A stretch of 64,000 nt of DNA, taken from IMG/VR virus record IMGVR_UViG_3300006162_000012, positions 3,228 to 67,227 of that record; one strand, 5' to 3'. Origin of the DNA: a virus. The notes under the pieces are model-generated. The model was not told the origin of the DNA, did no database searches, and saw nothing but the letters and a program-made list of their open reading frames with translations. The translations under genes and the position numbers were made by a program. Shown here one piece after another: positions 1 to 8,696 of the stretch (position 1 is its first letter; every line of letters starts with the position of its first letter).

Positions 1-17
1 AGGCGATCTCGGAGGCG

Positions 18-326
18 GTGAGGGAATACACCCTCGCCGTTTCGAACATCAATATCAAGCGCGCAGAAGCGCTCGAAGCTGTCGAAGCGCAACGGAAGAA
101 GGACTCATCCGCTGCGCTCGAACAACTCAACCAGAAGATTGCTTTAGCGATCTCCGCCGCGAAGAGCAAGACCTTTTCTCTCACGAATGAGCAGGTTTCT
201 TCAGCGGCAGCGACGGTCGAAGCGGCCAGCGCTATCGGGACGAAGCGGATCGAGGATTTCAATGCGAAGTTCAATCTTCTCGCCGGCGATCAACTACGCG
301 CGTTGTTAGGCGAGCATCAAGCCTAA
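18..326 (+). CDS. hypothetical helical/coiled-coil protein
   Basis: GGAGG RBS before GTG; 102 aa, Ala/Glu-rich; converges on the end of the late operon. Confidence 0.65.
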   Translation: MREYTLAVSNINIKRAEALEAVEAQRKKDSSAALEQLNQKIALAISAAKSKTFSLTNEQVSSAAATVEAASAIGTKRIEDFNAKFNLLAGDQLRALLGEHQA

Positions 327-335
327 AAAAACTGC

Positions 336-365
336 AAAAAAATAGCCCCGCTTGACGGCGGGGCT
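336..365 (-). terminator. Rho-independent terminator ending the late (minus-strand) operon, possibly bidirectional
   Basis: stem AGCCCCGC (344-351)/GCGGGGCT (358-365); the A-run at 336-342 is a U-tract on the minus strand; lies between convergent genes. Confidence 0.75.
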
Positions 366-494
366 GTTGAAGTCTTGGTCTAAGGGCAGTGAGTCTAGGC
401 GATAAAAAGGCAGGGACCTGTTTACCGGCGTGCAGATCCTACTATAGGATCTTTCCGCAGGAAAAGAATACGCTTTTTCCCCTCAATTAGTAAA

Positions 495-854
495 TCAAAT
501 TTTCCCTGTTATCTTCCCTTCGGAGCGCGCGCAATCAATGCGCCGCTGCGCGAAGAACGACGCCGTTTGCTCGATGGCTATTCCGAGGAGAAGGATGATC
601 ACGAACGGCTTCGGCTTCGCATCCGCGGAGAAGGAGTCGAAGAAGACGAAGGCGGCGGCGCTCCCCTTGACGACGACGCCTAATTGGGCCCAGCGCTTGA
701 GCGCTGTTCCATCGTCCTTGTAGAGCCAATAGTTGAAGCGCTGCCATCCGACGGCGGCGAACACATAGGCTCCGAGGACCATCTCGATCCATGCCCAATC
801 GTCAGCTGAAAGACGCTGCGTCATCCACCAGACAAATGAGTCGGAAAGGGTCAT
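495..854 (-). CDS. membrane protein with about 3 TM segments, lysis-cassette associated
   Basis: hydrophobic segments; ATG at 854 overlaps the upstream stop (ATGA). Confidence 0.6.
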   Translation of the reverse strand: MTLSDSFVWWMTQRLSADDWAWIEMVLGAYVFAAVGWQRFNYWLYKDDGTALKRWAQLGVVVKGSAAAFVFFDSFSADAKPKPFVIILLLGIAIEQTASFFAQRRIDCARSEGKITGKI

Positions 855-1210
855 GGCTTTTTGCTCCAAGGAACAAGCCAACTAACGCCTTCAGTGTCGA
901 TCCGTTTCCAGACCGTGAGGATAATTTTCGTCCCCAAGATCGCCGCGACGAGCGCGGACATCGGCTTTGGGAAACCTATGGACGAATTGATGTATGGCGC
1001 CGCCGTGACGCCGACCATCATGCCGAGAAACCAATGGACGATCATCGTGACGGCGGCGCGGTCGATTCCGATCGCCACGCCGCCCAATGATCCGCCGAAC
1101 GCCATCGCCCAAATGGCTTTGTCGGGCTCGATTGAAGCCCCTAGGTTGATGATCGCCATGGCGACCGTGAGCAGACAGATTTTGATCCAAACGAGATAGT
1201 CGTCGCTCAC
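851..1210 (-). CDS. putative holin-like membrane protein
   Basis: 119 aa, 3-4 hydrophobic helices, basic C-terminus, downstream of the endolysin. Confidence 0.55.
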   Translation of the reverse strand: MSDDYLVWIKICLLTVAMAIINLGASIEPDKAIWAMAFGGSLGGVAIGIDRAAVTMIVHWFLGMMVGVTAAPYINSSIGFPKPMSALVAAILGTKIILTVWKRIDTEGVSWLVPWSKKP

Positions 1211-1253
1211 GGCGCTATTCCTTTCTCGCCGCTTTGAGTTGGCGGCTTTTAAT

Positions 1254-1556
1254 TTAAACGGAAGGCGCGGCGTCCTCTACTTGCGAAGCGCTGACGCTAG
1301 CGTTCCACGCGGCGGCGGCAGTCGCGGAAAGCGACTGGAGCGCCGAGAATTGATCCGCTGTCTTGTTCGGATTGTTGCTCAAGGCGTTGATGATCGCCTG
1401 AATGGCCGAGACGACGGCTGGAGCCGCGCCTTCGAGAAGCGGGACCGCCTTGGCGATCTGCGCGAGGACGTTGTCGATGGCCGCCGGCGCCATGGATTCG
1501 ATTGTCGGCAGCAACGACATGAGCAAGTCGAGAATTACGGTGATGATCGGGGACAT
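1254..1556 (-). CDS. hypothetical amphipathic protein (spanin-position gene)
   Basis: 100 aa, hydrophobic N-terminus, Ala-rich helices, adjacent to a lipoprotein gene. Confidence 0.6.
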   Translation of the reverse strand: MSPIITVILDLLMSLLPTIESMAPAAIDNVLAQIAKAVPLLEGAAPAVVSAIQAIINALSNNPNKTADQFSALQSLSATAAAAWNASVSASQVEDAAPSV

Positions 1557-1568
1557 GCGGGCGATTCC

Positions 1569-1949
1569 TTATTTCGCAGGGACGACGCTCTGGACCGACG
1601 CGATCGTCGCCTCCAGAACATTCAGCATCGAGACGGGCGCGGGAGCGCCGCCGTTGGCGGTCGAGTAGGAGATCAGCGCGTTCAATTCGCTGTTACCTGC
1701 CGCGATCAGAGGAATGAGCTTCGCGGTGATCGCCGGGTCGCGGCAAAGCGGCGGCTTGTTCGTCGCCGAACATTTTGCCTGATTGTTGTATGCCGTCGCG
1801 AGGCTTTCAGCGGCGACGAAGGCGTTGCCGGCGACGCTGATTTCAGTCGGCGTGACGGTGGTGCTGGTGACGGTTCCGATTGCGCCGAGTTGGGCGCAGC
1901 CCGATAAAAGCCCGAGCGCGAGAACGCCTGTCGTGATGATTTTGAGCAT
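1569..1949 (-). CDS. lipoprotein (possible o-spanin/Rz1-like)
   Basis: signal peptide with lipobox LSG-C; two further Cys; lysis region. Confidence 0.65.
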   Translation of the reverse strand: MLKIITTGVLALGLLSGCAQLGAIGTVTSTTVTPTEISVAGNAFVAAESLATAYNNQAKCSATNKPPLCRDPAITAKLIPLIAAGNSELNALISYSTANGGAPAPVSMLNVLEATIASVQSVVPAK

Positions 1950-1970
1950 GAGATTGTTCCTTTGAATGGG

Positions 1971-2009
1971 GTTGACCGGCGAGCGGGGAGGCGACCGCTC
2001 GCCGGCAAC
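1971..2009. other. strong intergenic hairpin
   Basis: GTTG-a-CCGGCGAGCGG / CCGCTCGCCGG-CAAC inverted repeat between the holin and lipoprotein genes; no clear U-tract. Confidence 0.5.
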
Positions 2010-2056
2010 TTCAAGAACGGGCGAGGTGAAGGGCGCGCCGTTTCGAGAAGCGGCGA

Positions 2057-2344
2057 TTACTTGAGCGGCGCGTTGACCTGCGGCGCGGGAGCAGATTCAG
2101 CGACGACCTTGACGCCGTTGTCAGCGGCGTTGACAGCGGCGATCTGAGCGGTCGGCGTGTGCTGCTGGAGCTTGTAAAAGCCGATGGCCGCTGCGACGCC
2201 GCCGCTGACGAGCAGTGTTATTTGGTTCGCCAAGGCGGTTTGATCGCCGCCGGGAATGACGCCCTTGTTGGCGGCATAGGTCGCGACGGCGGTCGCCGCG
2301 TAGCCGACTATCGTAGTCAGCAGGCTAAGAGTTTTGGGGTCCAT
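2057..2344 (-). CDS. putative holin with 2 TM segments
   Basis: start reassigned to MDPKTLSLL (ATG 2344); two hydrophobic helices; first CDS downstream of the endolysin. Confidence 0.6.
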   Translation of the reverse strand: MDPKTLSLLTTIVGYAATAVATYAANKGVIPGGDQTALANQITLLVSGGVAAAIGFYKLQQHTPTAQIAAVNAADNGVKVVAESAPAPQVNAPLK

Positions 2345-2405
2345 GGTGCGCTCCGAATGCTGGCGGGGGAATTCGGTTCGGCGAGCCAGCGTCGCCGAAT
2401 GGTAG

Positions 2406-2434
2406 TTTTCTTTCAGCGTGGGCTGAGATATAAA
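2406..2434 (+). promoter_or_regulatory. sigma70-like promoter for the antisense structured RNA
   Basis: TTTTCT (2406-2411), 17 nt, TATAAA (2429-2434); context GTAGTTTTCTTTC resembles the phage GGGTTTACTTTC motif. Confidence 0.45.
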
Positions 2435-2439
2435 AGCGA

Positions 2440-2615
2440 CGCGAGGCGGCGTGGTAAGACACGCAGGCGCAAGGCGGTAATAGAGCCATGATCTGTTGTT
2501 ACGGTAAAACGTTTCTTGACAGAGCCGAAGCCTTTGTCGTCGTGGGTAAACGACATTTGCAGGTAACTTTTTGATCCTGAAAAGGATCAGACAGGCAATC
2601 CTGCCCTCGTGCATC
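2440..2615 (+). ncRNA. tRNA-like structured RNA with inserted helices
   Basis: 7-bp acceptor-like stem CGCGAGG/CCTCGTG; D-like arm GCGTG/CACGC; long variable-like arm TGTCGT/ACGACA; T-like stem GCAGG/CCTGC stacked directly on the acceptor stem; GAAA tetraloop hairpin. Confidence 0.5.
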
Positions 2616-3261
2616 ACCCTCTCAAAGCCGCCTGCGTCGCGCGCCCCGCGATGCCGTCCGCGACCAAGCCGTGCGCCGCCTGGAACGCCTTGATCGCGGC
2701 GATCGTCTGCGGCCCGAGATCGCCGTCGACGTCGATCTTGGCGCCGTGAGTGTTAAGCGCGGCCTGAATTTCCTGGATCGACATCAAAGGGGCGCTAGGC
2801 GGGGCAGAGACAGGCGCCGGCTGGCTCGGATCGTCGGGGCGCAAGAATTGCGCGCGCTCGCCTTCGCGCCTGCTTTTAAGCACTGGCGGCTTCTCCCACA
2901 TCAAAAACGCATCCGCGCAAGCCTGGACGTCGCCCGCGTTGAAAAAGTGAACCATGCTCGATCCGTCGAACCCGCCATCGCCGATGTTGAAGTCGACCGA
3001 GCAGAAGGCGTCGAACTGATTTTGCGTCATGGGGCGTTTGATGACGCTCTGGACGTTCGCTTCACTCTTGGCGATGTCGAGCGCGAGAACGGCCAACACT
3101 TGATCGACCGTCCAGCCCTGTCCGACCCACACGGCGGGAGGGCCGCCCGTCGCCGCATGGCCGACGCCGTTCGTCGGGATGCCGCGCGTGTCGAGATAGC
3201 CGACCGTCTCGAAGCCCTCGCGGTGCATGATCGCTTGAAGGCCGGGGAGGGAGACTTTCAT
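2614..3261 (-). CDS. endolysin: GH24 phage lysozyme with C-terminal peptidoglycan-binding domain
   Basis: EG..YLD..GIPTNGVGH catalytic region (E-8-D-5-T), QNQFDA, RREGE; C-terminal DGDLGPQT..FQ...GLVADGIAG PG_binding_1-like repeat. Confidence 0.92.
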   Translation of the reverse strand: MKVSLPGLQAIMHREGFETVGYLDTRGIPTNGVGHAATGGPPAVWVGQGWTVDQVLAVLALDIAKSEANVQSVIKRPMTQNQFDAFCSVDFNIGDGGFDGSSMVHFFNAGDVQACADAFLMWEKPPVLKSRREGERAQFLRPDDPSQPAPVSAPPSAPLMSIQEIQAALNTHGAKIDVDGDLGPQTIAAIKAFQAAHGLVADGIAGRATQAALRG

Positions 3262-3470
3262 TGCGGAAGGCCCTTGATCAGATGCCTGATCATGGATTCC
3301 GCTTGAGTCGCGTCGAGAAGATTGGTCCCGGTGGGAAACCGCTCGTATTGATGCTCGGTCCCCTTGTTCCCGAACCGCTCAAACGAAATCCCGCCATCGG
3401 GCGAGAAGTTTTCAGGCAGCGGCCAAGCGAGAAAGCGGTCGACCATGCGTTCGATCTGTTCGTCTGTCAT
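3258..3470 (-). CDS. small hypothetical phage protein
   Basis: MTDEQIERMVDRFLAWPLPENFSPDGGISF; ATGA overlaps at both ends. Confidence 0.65.
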   Translation of the reverse strand: MTDEQIERMVDRFLAWPLPENFSPDGGISFERFGNKGTEHQYERFPTGTNLLDATQAESMIRHLIKGLPQ

Positions 3471-3733
3471 TTTGGGCATTCCCCATTGACCCCGCTTCCG
3501 CAGATCATCGACGGGATCGGACGCGGCGGTTGCGTAGGATGCGCCAGGACGGGCGAAGGCGTCGGGATAGGCAAAGGCACCCAGGACGGGAGAACAGGCG
3601 CAGGCGGGCCGTTTGCCGCAGTCGTAGGGGCCGCCAGGAGGGAATAGTAGGCCAGCATCGTCGCTTGCCCGAAAAGAAGGAGCAGAGCGCCGGTCAGGGC
3701 GTGGATCACAAATGAGAGCGCCGGGCCGCTCAA
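3467..3733 (-). CDS. Pro-rich membrane-anchored or secreted protein
   Basis: TTG start overlaps the upstream stop; hydrophobic N-terminus, Pro-rich linker, C-terminal Cys pair. Confidence 0.5.
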   Translation of the reverse strand: MSGPALSFVIHALTGALLLLFGQATMLAYYSLLAAPTTAANGPPAPVLPSWVPLPIPTPSPVLAHPTQPPRPIPSMICGSGVNGECPK

Positions 3734-3861
3734 GGCGCTTGCTTCCCGACAACCTGACTGACGCCGCCCCAATAGGCTGAGCCGCCGTTGTGGCCGAAAT
3801 CGCCAAGGCCGCTGCATCCGGCGACCGTCAGCATGGCGATCATCAAAAGGATCGTGCGCAT
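3730..3861 (-). CDS. small lipoprotein
   Basis: MRTILLMIAMLTVAG-C lipobox; TGATG coupling to the upstream gene; 43 aa. Confidence 0.6.
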   Translation of the reverse strand: MRTILLMIAMLTVAGCSGLGDFGHNGGSAYWGGVSQVVGKQAP

Positions 3862-4175
3862 CAAAACGACTCCGAAGGGGCGAAGAAACAATAAATCTGC
3901 GTATAGCTCCCGTCCGACCGGACCGCAAAGAACGCCCAATATTCTCCGTCCTGGCTCGGTGACGTTTCGCTGAATGGAACCGGCTTCGGATAGCCGTCGA
4001 TCACATAGCCGAGCGCCGTAACATGGACATGCTCCGCTTGCAGATGGTGAGCGTCGGCCTTGCCGCAGCAATCCGCCTTGACCCAATCTGGCACCGGCTC
4101 GCCATCCGCCCAAAAGTCGTGCGCGGCGGCGGGCGACGCGAGCAGCGCAAGAAGGGCGATGGAGACTCCGCGCAT
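3861..4175 (-). CDS. secreted Cys-containing protein
   Basis: start at MRGVSIALLALLASPAAA|HD (Sec signal); CC..D and SQDG..W..YCFF motifs. Confidence 0.7.
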   Translation of the reverse strand: MRGVSIALLALLASPAAAHDFWADGEPVPDWVKADCCGKADAHHLQAEHVHVTALGYVIDGYPKPVPFSETSPSQDGEYWAFFAVRSDGSYTQIYCFFAPSESF

Positions 4176-4177
4176 GG

Positions 4178-7100
4178 TCAAAACTCGATCGCAGAGCAAT
4201 TGAAGTTGTTCAGCGTCGCCGTCCCTCCCGTCGCGGTCAGCCGTTCGTCGACCCAATACGTGACGCCGTTTGAAAGTCCAGTGACGACGCCACCGTTTGA
4301 AAATGGAACCTCGTTTGTCCCTTGCTCCGCAGAGACCGTGCCGAAGCCGGTTCCGGTGGGTGCAGCGCCGTTGGACGGTGCCGCTCCTGAACCATAATAT
4401 GCTTGCGCCGTTGAGAAATTCGCCGTCGAATTGTAGAAATTACCATTCAAAAACAGAAGCATTCGTCCTGTTGTCTTCGGCGTGAATGTGCATGTTGCAC
4501 CCAGGCCCATCATGACGCCACTTGTGCTGGTGGTCGGTGAAGGATTGCCAGGTGTCGTTTGCAGATAGGCACCTAAGCCGCCCATATAGGCATGCCCCGC
4601 GCTGACGGACGCGAGAAACGGCCCGGCTGATCCCGTTCCAGCGCTCGCGTTTTGGTTCGGGTTGATGAAGTAATTGTCCGAACCAACAGACATGCTGATA
4701 GCGTTCTGGCCGTTCGATCCCCAATTCCACGACCATGTGCCGCCGATGAATGTATTGTTGATGATCGTGCCGGACGAGGCCGTGATGCAGTTCTGGACGA
4801 CTTCGCAGTCGGTCGCGTTAAAAACGTTGCCGTAATTGTAATCGGTCGAAAAGCCGAGGAAGACCTGCCCGTTCGACCCGCCAAGCTGCCAATTGCCGAA
4901 GGCGACTTTGCGGAATTGAAAGAGGTTGTTCCCGCCTTGCGTGCCAGCGCCCGAGGAGCAATTGAGGTGAAGGCCAGCGGGCGAATAAACGGCGTTAAAC
5001 TGAAAGCAGATCGACGACGAGCCGGTGTTGAAGTTCTGGACGACTACGTTGAAGAAAAGCTGTTGGTTCATATAGTCGCCGAAATTCGGACGACCGTCTT
5101 GAATGCAAGGTCCCGCGACGTTGCACAAAATGTGCATTCCGGCCATGCCGCCGTAGACGACGGAAACGGGCGAGCCGGGCGTGCCCGACGATCCTTCATA
5201 CAAGATCGGCGGGTTGGCGGAGTTCGCCTGCATGTCGAGGATCGTTCCCGCTGTGTCTCCCCAGAGCATAATTCCGTTGTAGAGATTTGGGTTCTGGTCG
5301 ACGACGATCTGCGCGCCGGACGCCTTCCACGTCCCCGAGGCGAGATAGCAGCTTCGGCCCTGTGAAATGCCTGCGACGATGCAGGAGTTGATCGCCGCAG
5401 AGACGTCAATTGAGTCCGTCCGGCTCAAGCCGTCGGCGATCTGCGAGGACGTCATGAAGTCCGTCGCATAGAGCGGACGCACGCTCTGCATCTGCCCCAG
5501 GTTCGTCGCGACTGCGCCGGTTCCGGTCTGGGTGAATGTCGAGAACGTCGCCGGGAGAGAGCTGATGACCGACGCGACGCCCGCCGAACCGGAACCACCG
5601 TAAATCTGCGAAGTCGTGGCGGACGGGAGCACTGCTGATAAGGCGCTCGTCAAGACGATGTTGCCGGAGCCTGAAACTGAAACGCCTAACGCCGCCAAGA
5701 CACCCGAGCCTGCGCCCGAAAGGTTGCTGACGGCGTAGCCTGTCGTGTTCGCTAGGTTGCCGCTCGAAGGCGTCCCGAGTGCGCCTGAGTAACCCACGAC
5801 GCCGTTGTTGTTGTTGAGCGCGAAGCCCAAAGCGTTGGCTACTCCAGACCCTAAGCCGGACACGCCCGTTGAAATCGGCAAGCCAGAGACATTGGTCAAT
5901 GTGCCGCTCGAAGGAGTTCCGAGCGCGCCGCCGTTCTGGACTGCGCCAACGATGCGCGCGTCATTGCCTTGGGCGGCTGTATTCGAAGAAGCGCCATAAG
6001 TGACGGAGATTGCGCCGCTTGAATTGGTGATCGTCGTCCCATCAGGCTTCACGCCGCCCAACGTCGAACTCGTCGCGGCGGGGAGAGAATATGCCGACGC
6101 AAATGCCCCAGAGCCGAGCGAAGAATACGTTGCGAAGCCGCCCGCAGCTCCCGCTGTGTTGCCGAGCGCTGTTGCGACGCCAGAGCCCAAGCCAGAGATT
6201 CCGGAGATCGGGAGGCCAGTTGCGTTTGTAAGAGTTCCGCTCGACGGCGTGCCGAGAGCGCCGCCATTGACGAGGAAAGAGCCCGCCGATCCGGTGTTGT
6301 TGCTTAGCGCTGTCAAAACGCCCGTTCCGGTCGTGGTCCCGCCGACGACGGTTCCGGTTCCGGTGTAATAGGCGAGCTGTCCGCTCGTTCCGGAAGAGAC
6401 TGTGCCGCTGCCGCTGCCCGTTCCGCAAGCGCCACCTGCGTCGGTGACGCCGCCAGATCCCCATTGCAAACAATGGCCGACCGTGTAGCCGCCCGCCGCC
6501 AAGGGGATGCCGCCCGCCGCGTTGGCCGCCGTCGTCAGCGCCGTGCCGACGTTCGCGCCAAGGCCGGTCAGGCTCGCGACAGGAACGCCGGTGAGCCCTG
6601 ATCCGGAGCCGTTGAAGCTGGCGCCATAAATCGCGCCGAGCGCGCCGATGCCGCCGTGAACGGTCAATGCACCAGTGCCGGTCGATGTCGAGGGCGTCGT
6701 CGAATCTAAAACCACGCTCTCTGTGGTCGGTGTTACTTGAATCGCATAGGCGCCAGCAATAAGATCATAAAGATAAAAGTCGTTCGGATTTGGCCCGCCG
6801 AACTCGCCGCCTAAAGCCCAACGTTGCGTGCTTGCATAGCCAAAATTGACCTGCGCGGCGTCGTTGGACGTTTTCCCATACATATTGATTTGGCTCGTTC
6901 CGGACGACGGAGCGATGGTCGCTTGCCCGGTGGCGTTCAACGCCAATAATCCGGAAGGCGCGTTGACAGCGTTCGACATCGCGCTGATCACGCCTGCGCC
7001 GGTTGTCGCTCCGACGACGGTCGTTCCTGAAGAAAGATAATAGGCGATCTGCCCTGCGATGGAGGATGATACCGTTCCGCCGCCGCCGCCAATCGAACAT

Positions 7101-7456
7101 GCGCCGCCTGCGTCGATCAAATTTCCGTGGCTGTCAAACTGGACGCAATGGCCGTTGGTCAGCGTCCCTATCGCGGTCGCATAGGTTGTCGTGTTGCCGG
7201 TTGGGACGCCAGTCGTGAACGGCCCGAGGCCATTGGCGAGGACAGGCCCTGTCCCAAATGACGTGCCTCCAGTTCCTCCGCTTGTTATGGGGAGGGCTGT
7301 TCCGTTGCCGAGGACGTCCTGCTTGGACGACCACATCGCGTTCCATTGCGCAGGCGTCGGTTGAAAGCCGTAATACCAAGAAGGATTTGACTGCGCGAGC
7401 GCATGCCCTCCCAAAAGCAAGCAAGAGGCGATCAGCGCGCGGGCAATCATCTTCAT
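4178..7456 (-). CDS. tailspike/fibre-like protein with N-terminal signal peptide, Gly/Ser/Thr repeats and pectin-lyase-like beta-helix
   Basis: 1092 aa; DVSAAINSCI..YLASGTW resembles a Pectate_lyase_3-type N-cap; internal repeats; lies directly downstream of the tail fibre gene. Confidence 0.7.
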   Translation of the reverse strand: MKMIARALIASCLLLGGHALAQSNPSWYYGFQPTPAQWNAMWSSKQDVLGNGTALPITSGGTGGTSFGTGPVLANGLGPFTTGVPTGNTTTYATAIGTLTNGHCVQFDSHGNLIDAGGACSIGGGGGTVSSSIAGQIAYYLSSGTTVVGATTGAGVISAMSNAVNAPSGLLALNATGQATIAPSSGTSQINMYGKTSNDAAQVNFGYASTQRWALGGEFGGPNPNDFYLYDLIAGAYAIQVTPTTESVVLDSTTPSTSTGTGALTVHGGIGALGAIYGASFNGSGSGLTGVPVASLTGLGANVGTALTTAANAAGGIPLAAGGYTVGHCLQWGSGGVTDAGGACGTGSGSGTVSSGTSGQLAYYTGTGTVVGGTTTGTGVLTALSNNTGSAGSFLVNGGALGTPSSGTLTNATGLPISGISGLGSGVATALGNTAGAAGGFATYSSLGSGAFASAYSLPAATSSTLGGVKPDGTTITNSSGAISVTYGASSNTAAQGNDARIVGAVQNGGALGTPSSGTLTNVSGLPISTGVSGLGSGVANALGFALNNNNGVVGYSGALGTPSSGNLANTTGYAVSNLSGAGSGVLAALGVSVSGSGNIVLTSALSAVLPSATTSQIYGGSGSAGVASVISSLPATFSTFTQTGTGAVATNLGQMQSVRPLYATDFMTSSQIADGLSRTDSIDVSAAINSCIVAGISQGRSCYLASGTWKASGAQIVVDQNPNLYNGIMLWGDTAGTILDMQANSANPPILYEGSSGTPGSPVSVVYGGMAGMHILCNVAGPCIQDGRPNFGDYMNQQLFFNVVVQNFNTGSSSICFQFNAVYSPAGLHLNCSSGAGTQGGNNLFQFRKVAFGNWQLGGSNGQVFLGFSTDYNYGNVFNATDCEVVQNCITASSGTIINNTFIGGTWSWNWGSNGQNAISMSVGSDNYFINPNQNASAGTGSAGPFLASVSAGHAYMGGLGAYLQTTPGNPSPTTSTSGVMMGLGATCTFTPKTTGRMLLFLNGNFYNSTANFSTAQAYYGSGAAPSNGAAPTGTGFGTVSAEQGTNEVPFSNGGVVTGLSNGVTYWVDERLTATGGTATLNNFNCSAIEF

Positions 7457-7478
7457 GGCGGTTTCCCGAATGGTCGTT

Positions 7479-8678
7479 TTAAGCGTAAAGGCCGCCCGTC
7501 GCGGTCGTTCCGGAGACGCTTCCCGGAAGATACGTCGCGCCGCCGCCGTTTGTTTGGATCAAGGAGTTCAAATTCGAGACATAGCGCGTTCCGGTCGCAG
7601 AGCCTGCGAACGTGATGTTCGGGCAACGGATCGTCGCGGTTTCCTGACCGTATGCAAAAGTGGTGAATGCCGGCGTGCCGCTCACGGTGACTGTGATCGC
7701 TGTTCCGCTAAGGATCAATCCGCCGTCCGCGACAAGCCAATGATAGGTCGCACTGCCTGCGATCGTGTAGCTGTTCACCAATGAGACGATGCCGCCGTAT
7801 TGCGCGGAAATGTGAGCGCTGGTCGTCGCTCCGAACGAAAGGCCTGAGCCGATTTCGGCGATGCCGCCGTATTGTCCCGTCATGGCGGACGCGGACGCGC
7901 CGGTCGAGATCAGCGTCATGTTCGAGAATTGCGCCGTCGCCCCGAAGATGACGTATGCGGTGTTGGTGGAAGAGGTGAGCGTCGTGCTGCCCGCGCCGGC
8001 GCCCGAAAAGATTATCGGGCTGGTGCCGATGTCGCGCTGGCCGGTCAATTTTCCGGAGCACGTCACGTTGGCGAACGTGCCTGCGCCAATCGAAATCGTG
8101 ACGATGTAGCTGTTCAAATCTACATTGTTGAAAAGATAATTCCACGCGCCCTGCGGCGTCGCGAACGGATTTCCGACCGTGCCCGTCCCTGTCGTGTCGT
8201 TGCCAGACGTCGTGACATAATAGGTCGTGTTCGCCTGAATGCGCGTGCGCGCGAAAGCGAGATTGGAGAGTGAGATCGCCGACCAGTTCGCGCCGCTCGC
8301 GTCGGGATTTGACGTGTTGTTGTCTGCCGTCGAAAGCCAGTAAAGGCCCGCCGTGGTCGCGGAAGCGATTAAGGCCCCGTTTGGATAGCCGCCGATGGCG
8401 GTCGAGAATGTAGAATCATACTTGATGGGGCCGCCAGCCATATACCATTGTTCGGTCGCCGTCAGCTGATTGAGAATTCCGTTGAAGTCCTGACCGAACG
8501 GAGGCGTGCCGCCGCCGCCCACAGGCAAGAATGTGACGGGCGGAAAACCGTCCGTGAGCGACGCAGCGCCTGCCGTAATGCCGATCTGGGAGGCTGTCGG
8601 GATCGTCCGGATATAGCCGACGCCAGCGCTGGCGCCCCACGGAATGGAGAATTTTGCGGGGATCGATGATGCGAGCAT
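7479..8678 (-). CDS. tail fibre protein
   Basis: N-terminal SLTDGFPP..GGTPPFGQDFNGIL..GGYPNGA baseplate-attachment region typical of this myophage type; YYVTTSGND..G...NPFAT followed by a beta-helix-like C-terminus. Confidence 0.85.
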   Translation of the reverse strand: MLASSIPAKFSIPWGASAGVGYIRTIPTASQIGITAGAASLTDGFPPVTFLPVGGGGTPPFGQDFNGILNQLTATEQWYMAGGPIKYDSTFSTAIGGYPNGALIASATTAGLYWLSTADNNTSNPDASGANWSAISLSNLAFARTRIQANTTYYVTTSGNDTTGTGTVGNPFATPQGAWNYLFNNVDLNSYIVTISIGAGTFANVTCSGKLTGQRDIGTSPIIFSGAGAGSTTLTSSTNTAYVIFGATAQFSNMTLISTGASASAMTGQYGGIAEIGSGLSFGATTSAHISAQYGGIVSLVNSYTIAGSATYHWLVADGGLILSGTAITVTVSGTPAFTTFAYGQETATIRCPNITFAGSATGTRYVSNLNSLIQTNGGGATYLPGSVSGTTATGGLYA

Positions 8679-8696
8679 GGGTTTGGTTCCGCCTGC

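Noticed and set aside
435-453. AGATCCT-N5-AGGATCT palindrome resembling the hairpin at 2572-2589
   Set aside because: Only two instances with different loops; not enough to call an operator
2345-2617. N-terminal extension of the holin ORF in the track (start 2617)
   Set aside because: The sequence does not look protein-like; there is a better RBS and start at 2344, and the region is better explained as structured RNA, although ATGA coupling at 2617 cannot be fully excluded
4178-8678. Diversity-generating retroelement or invertible fibre cassette
   Set aside because: No reverse transcriptase, invertase or adenine-specific TR/VR pair seen; the repeats are in-frame protein repeats
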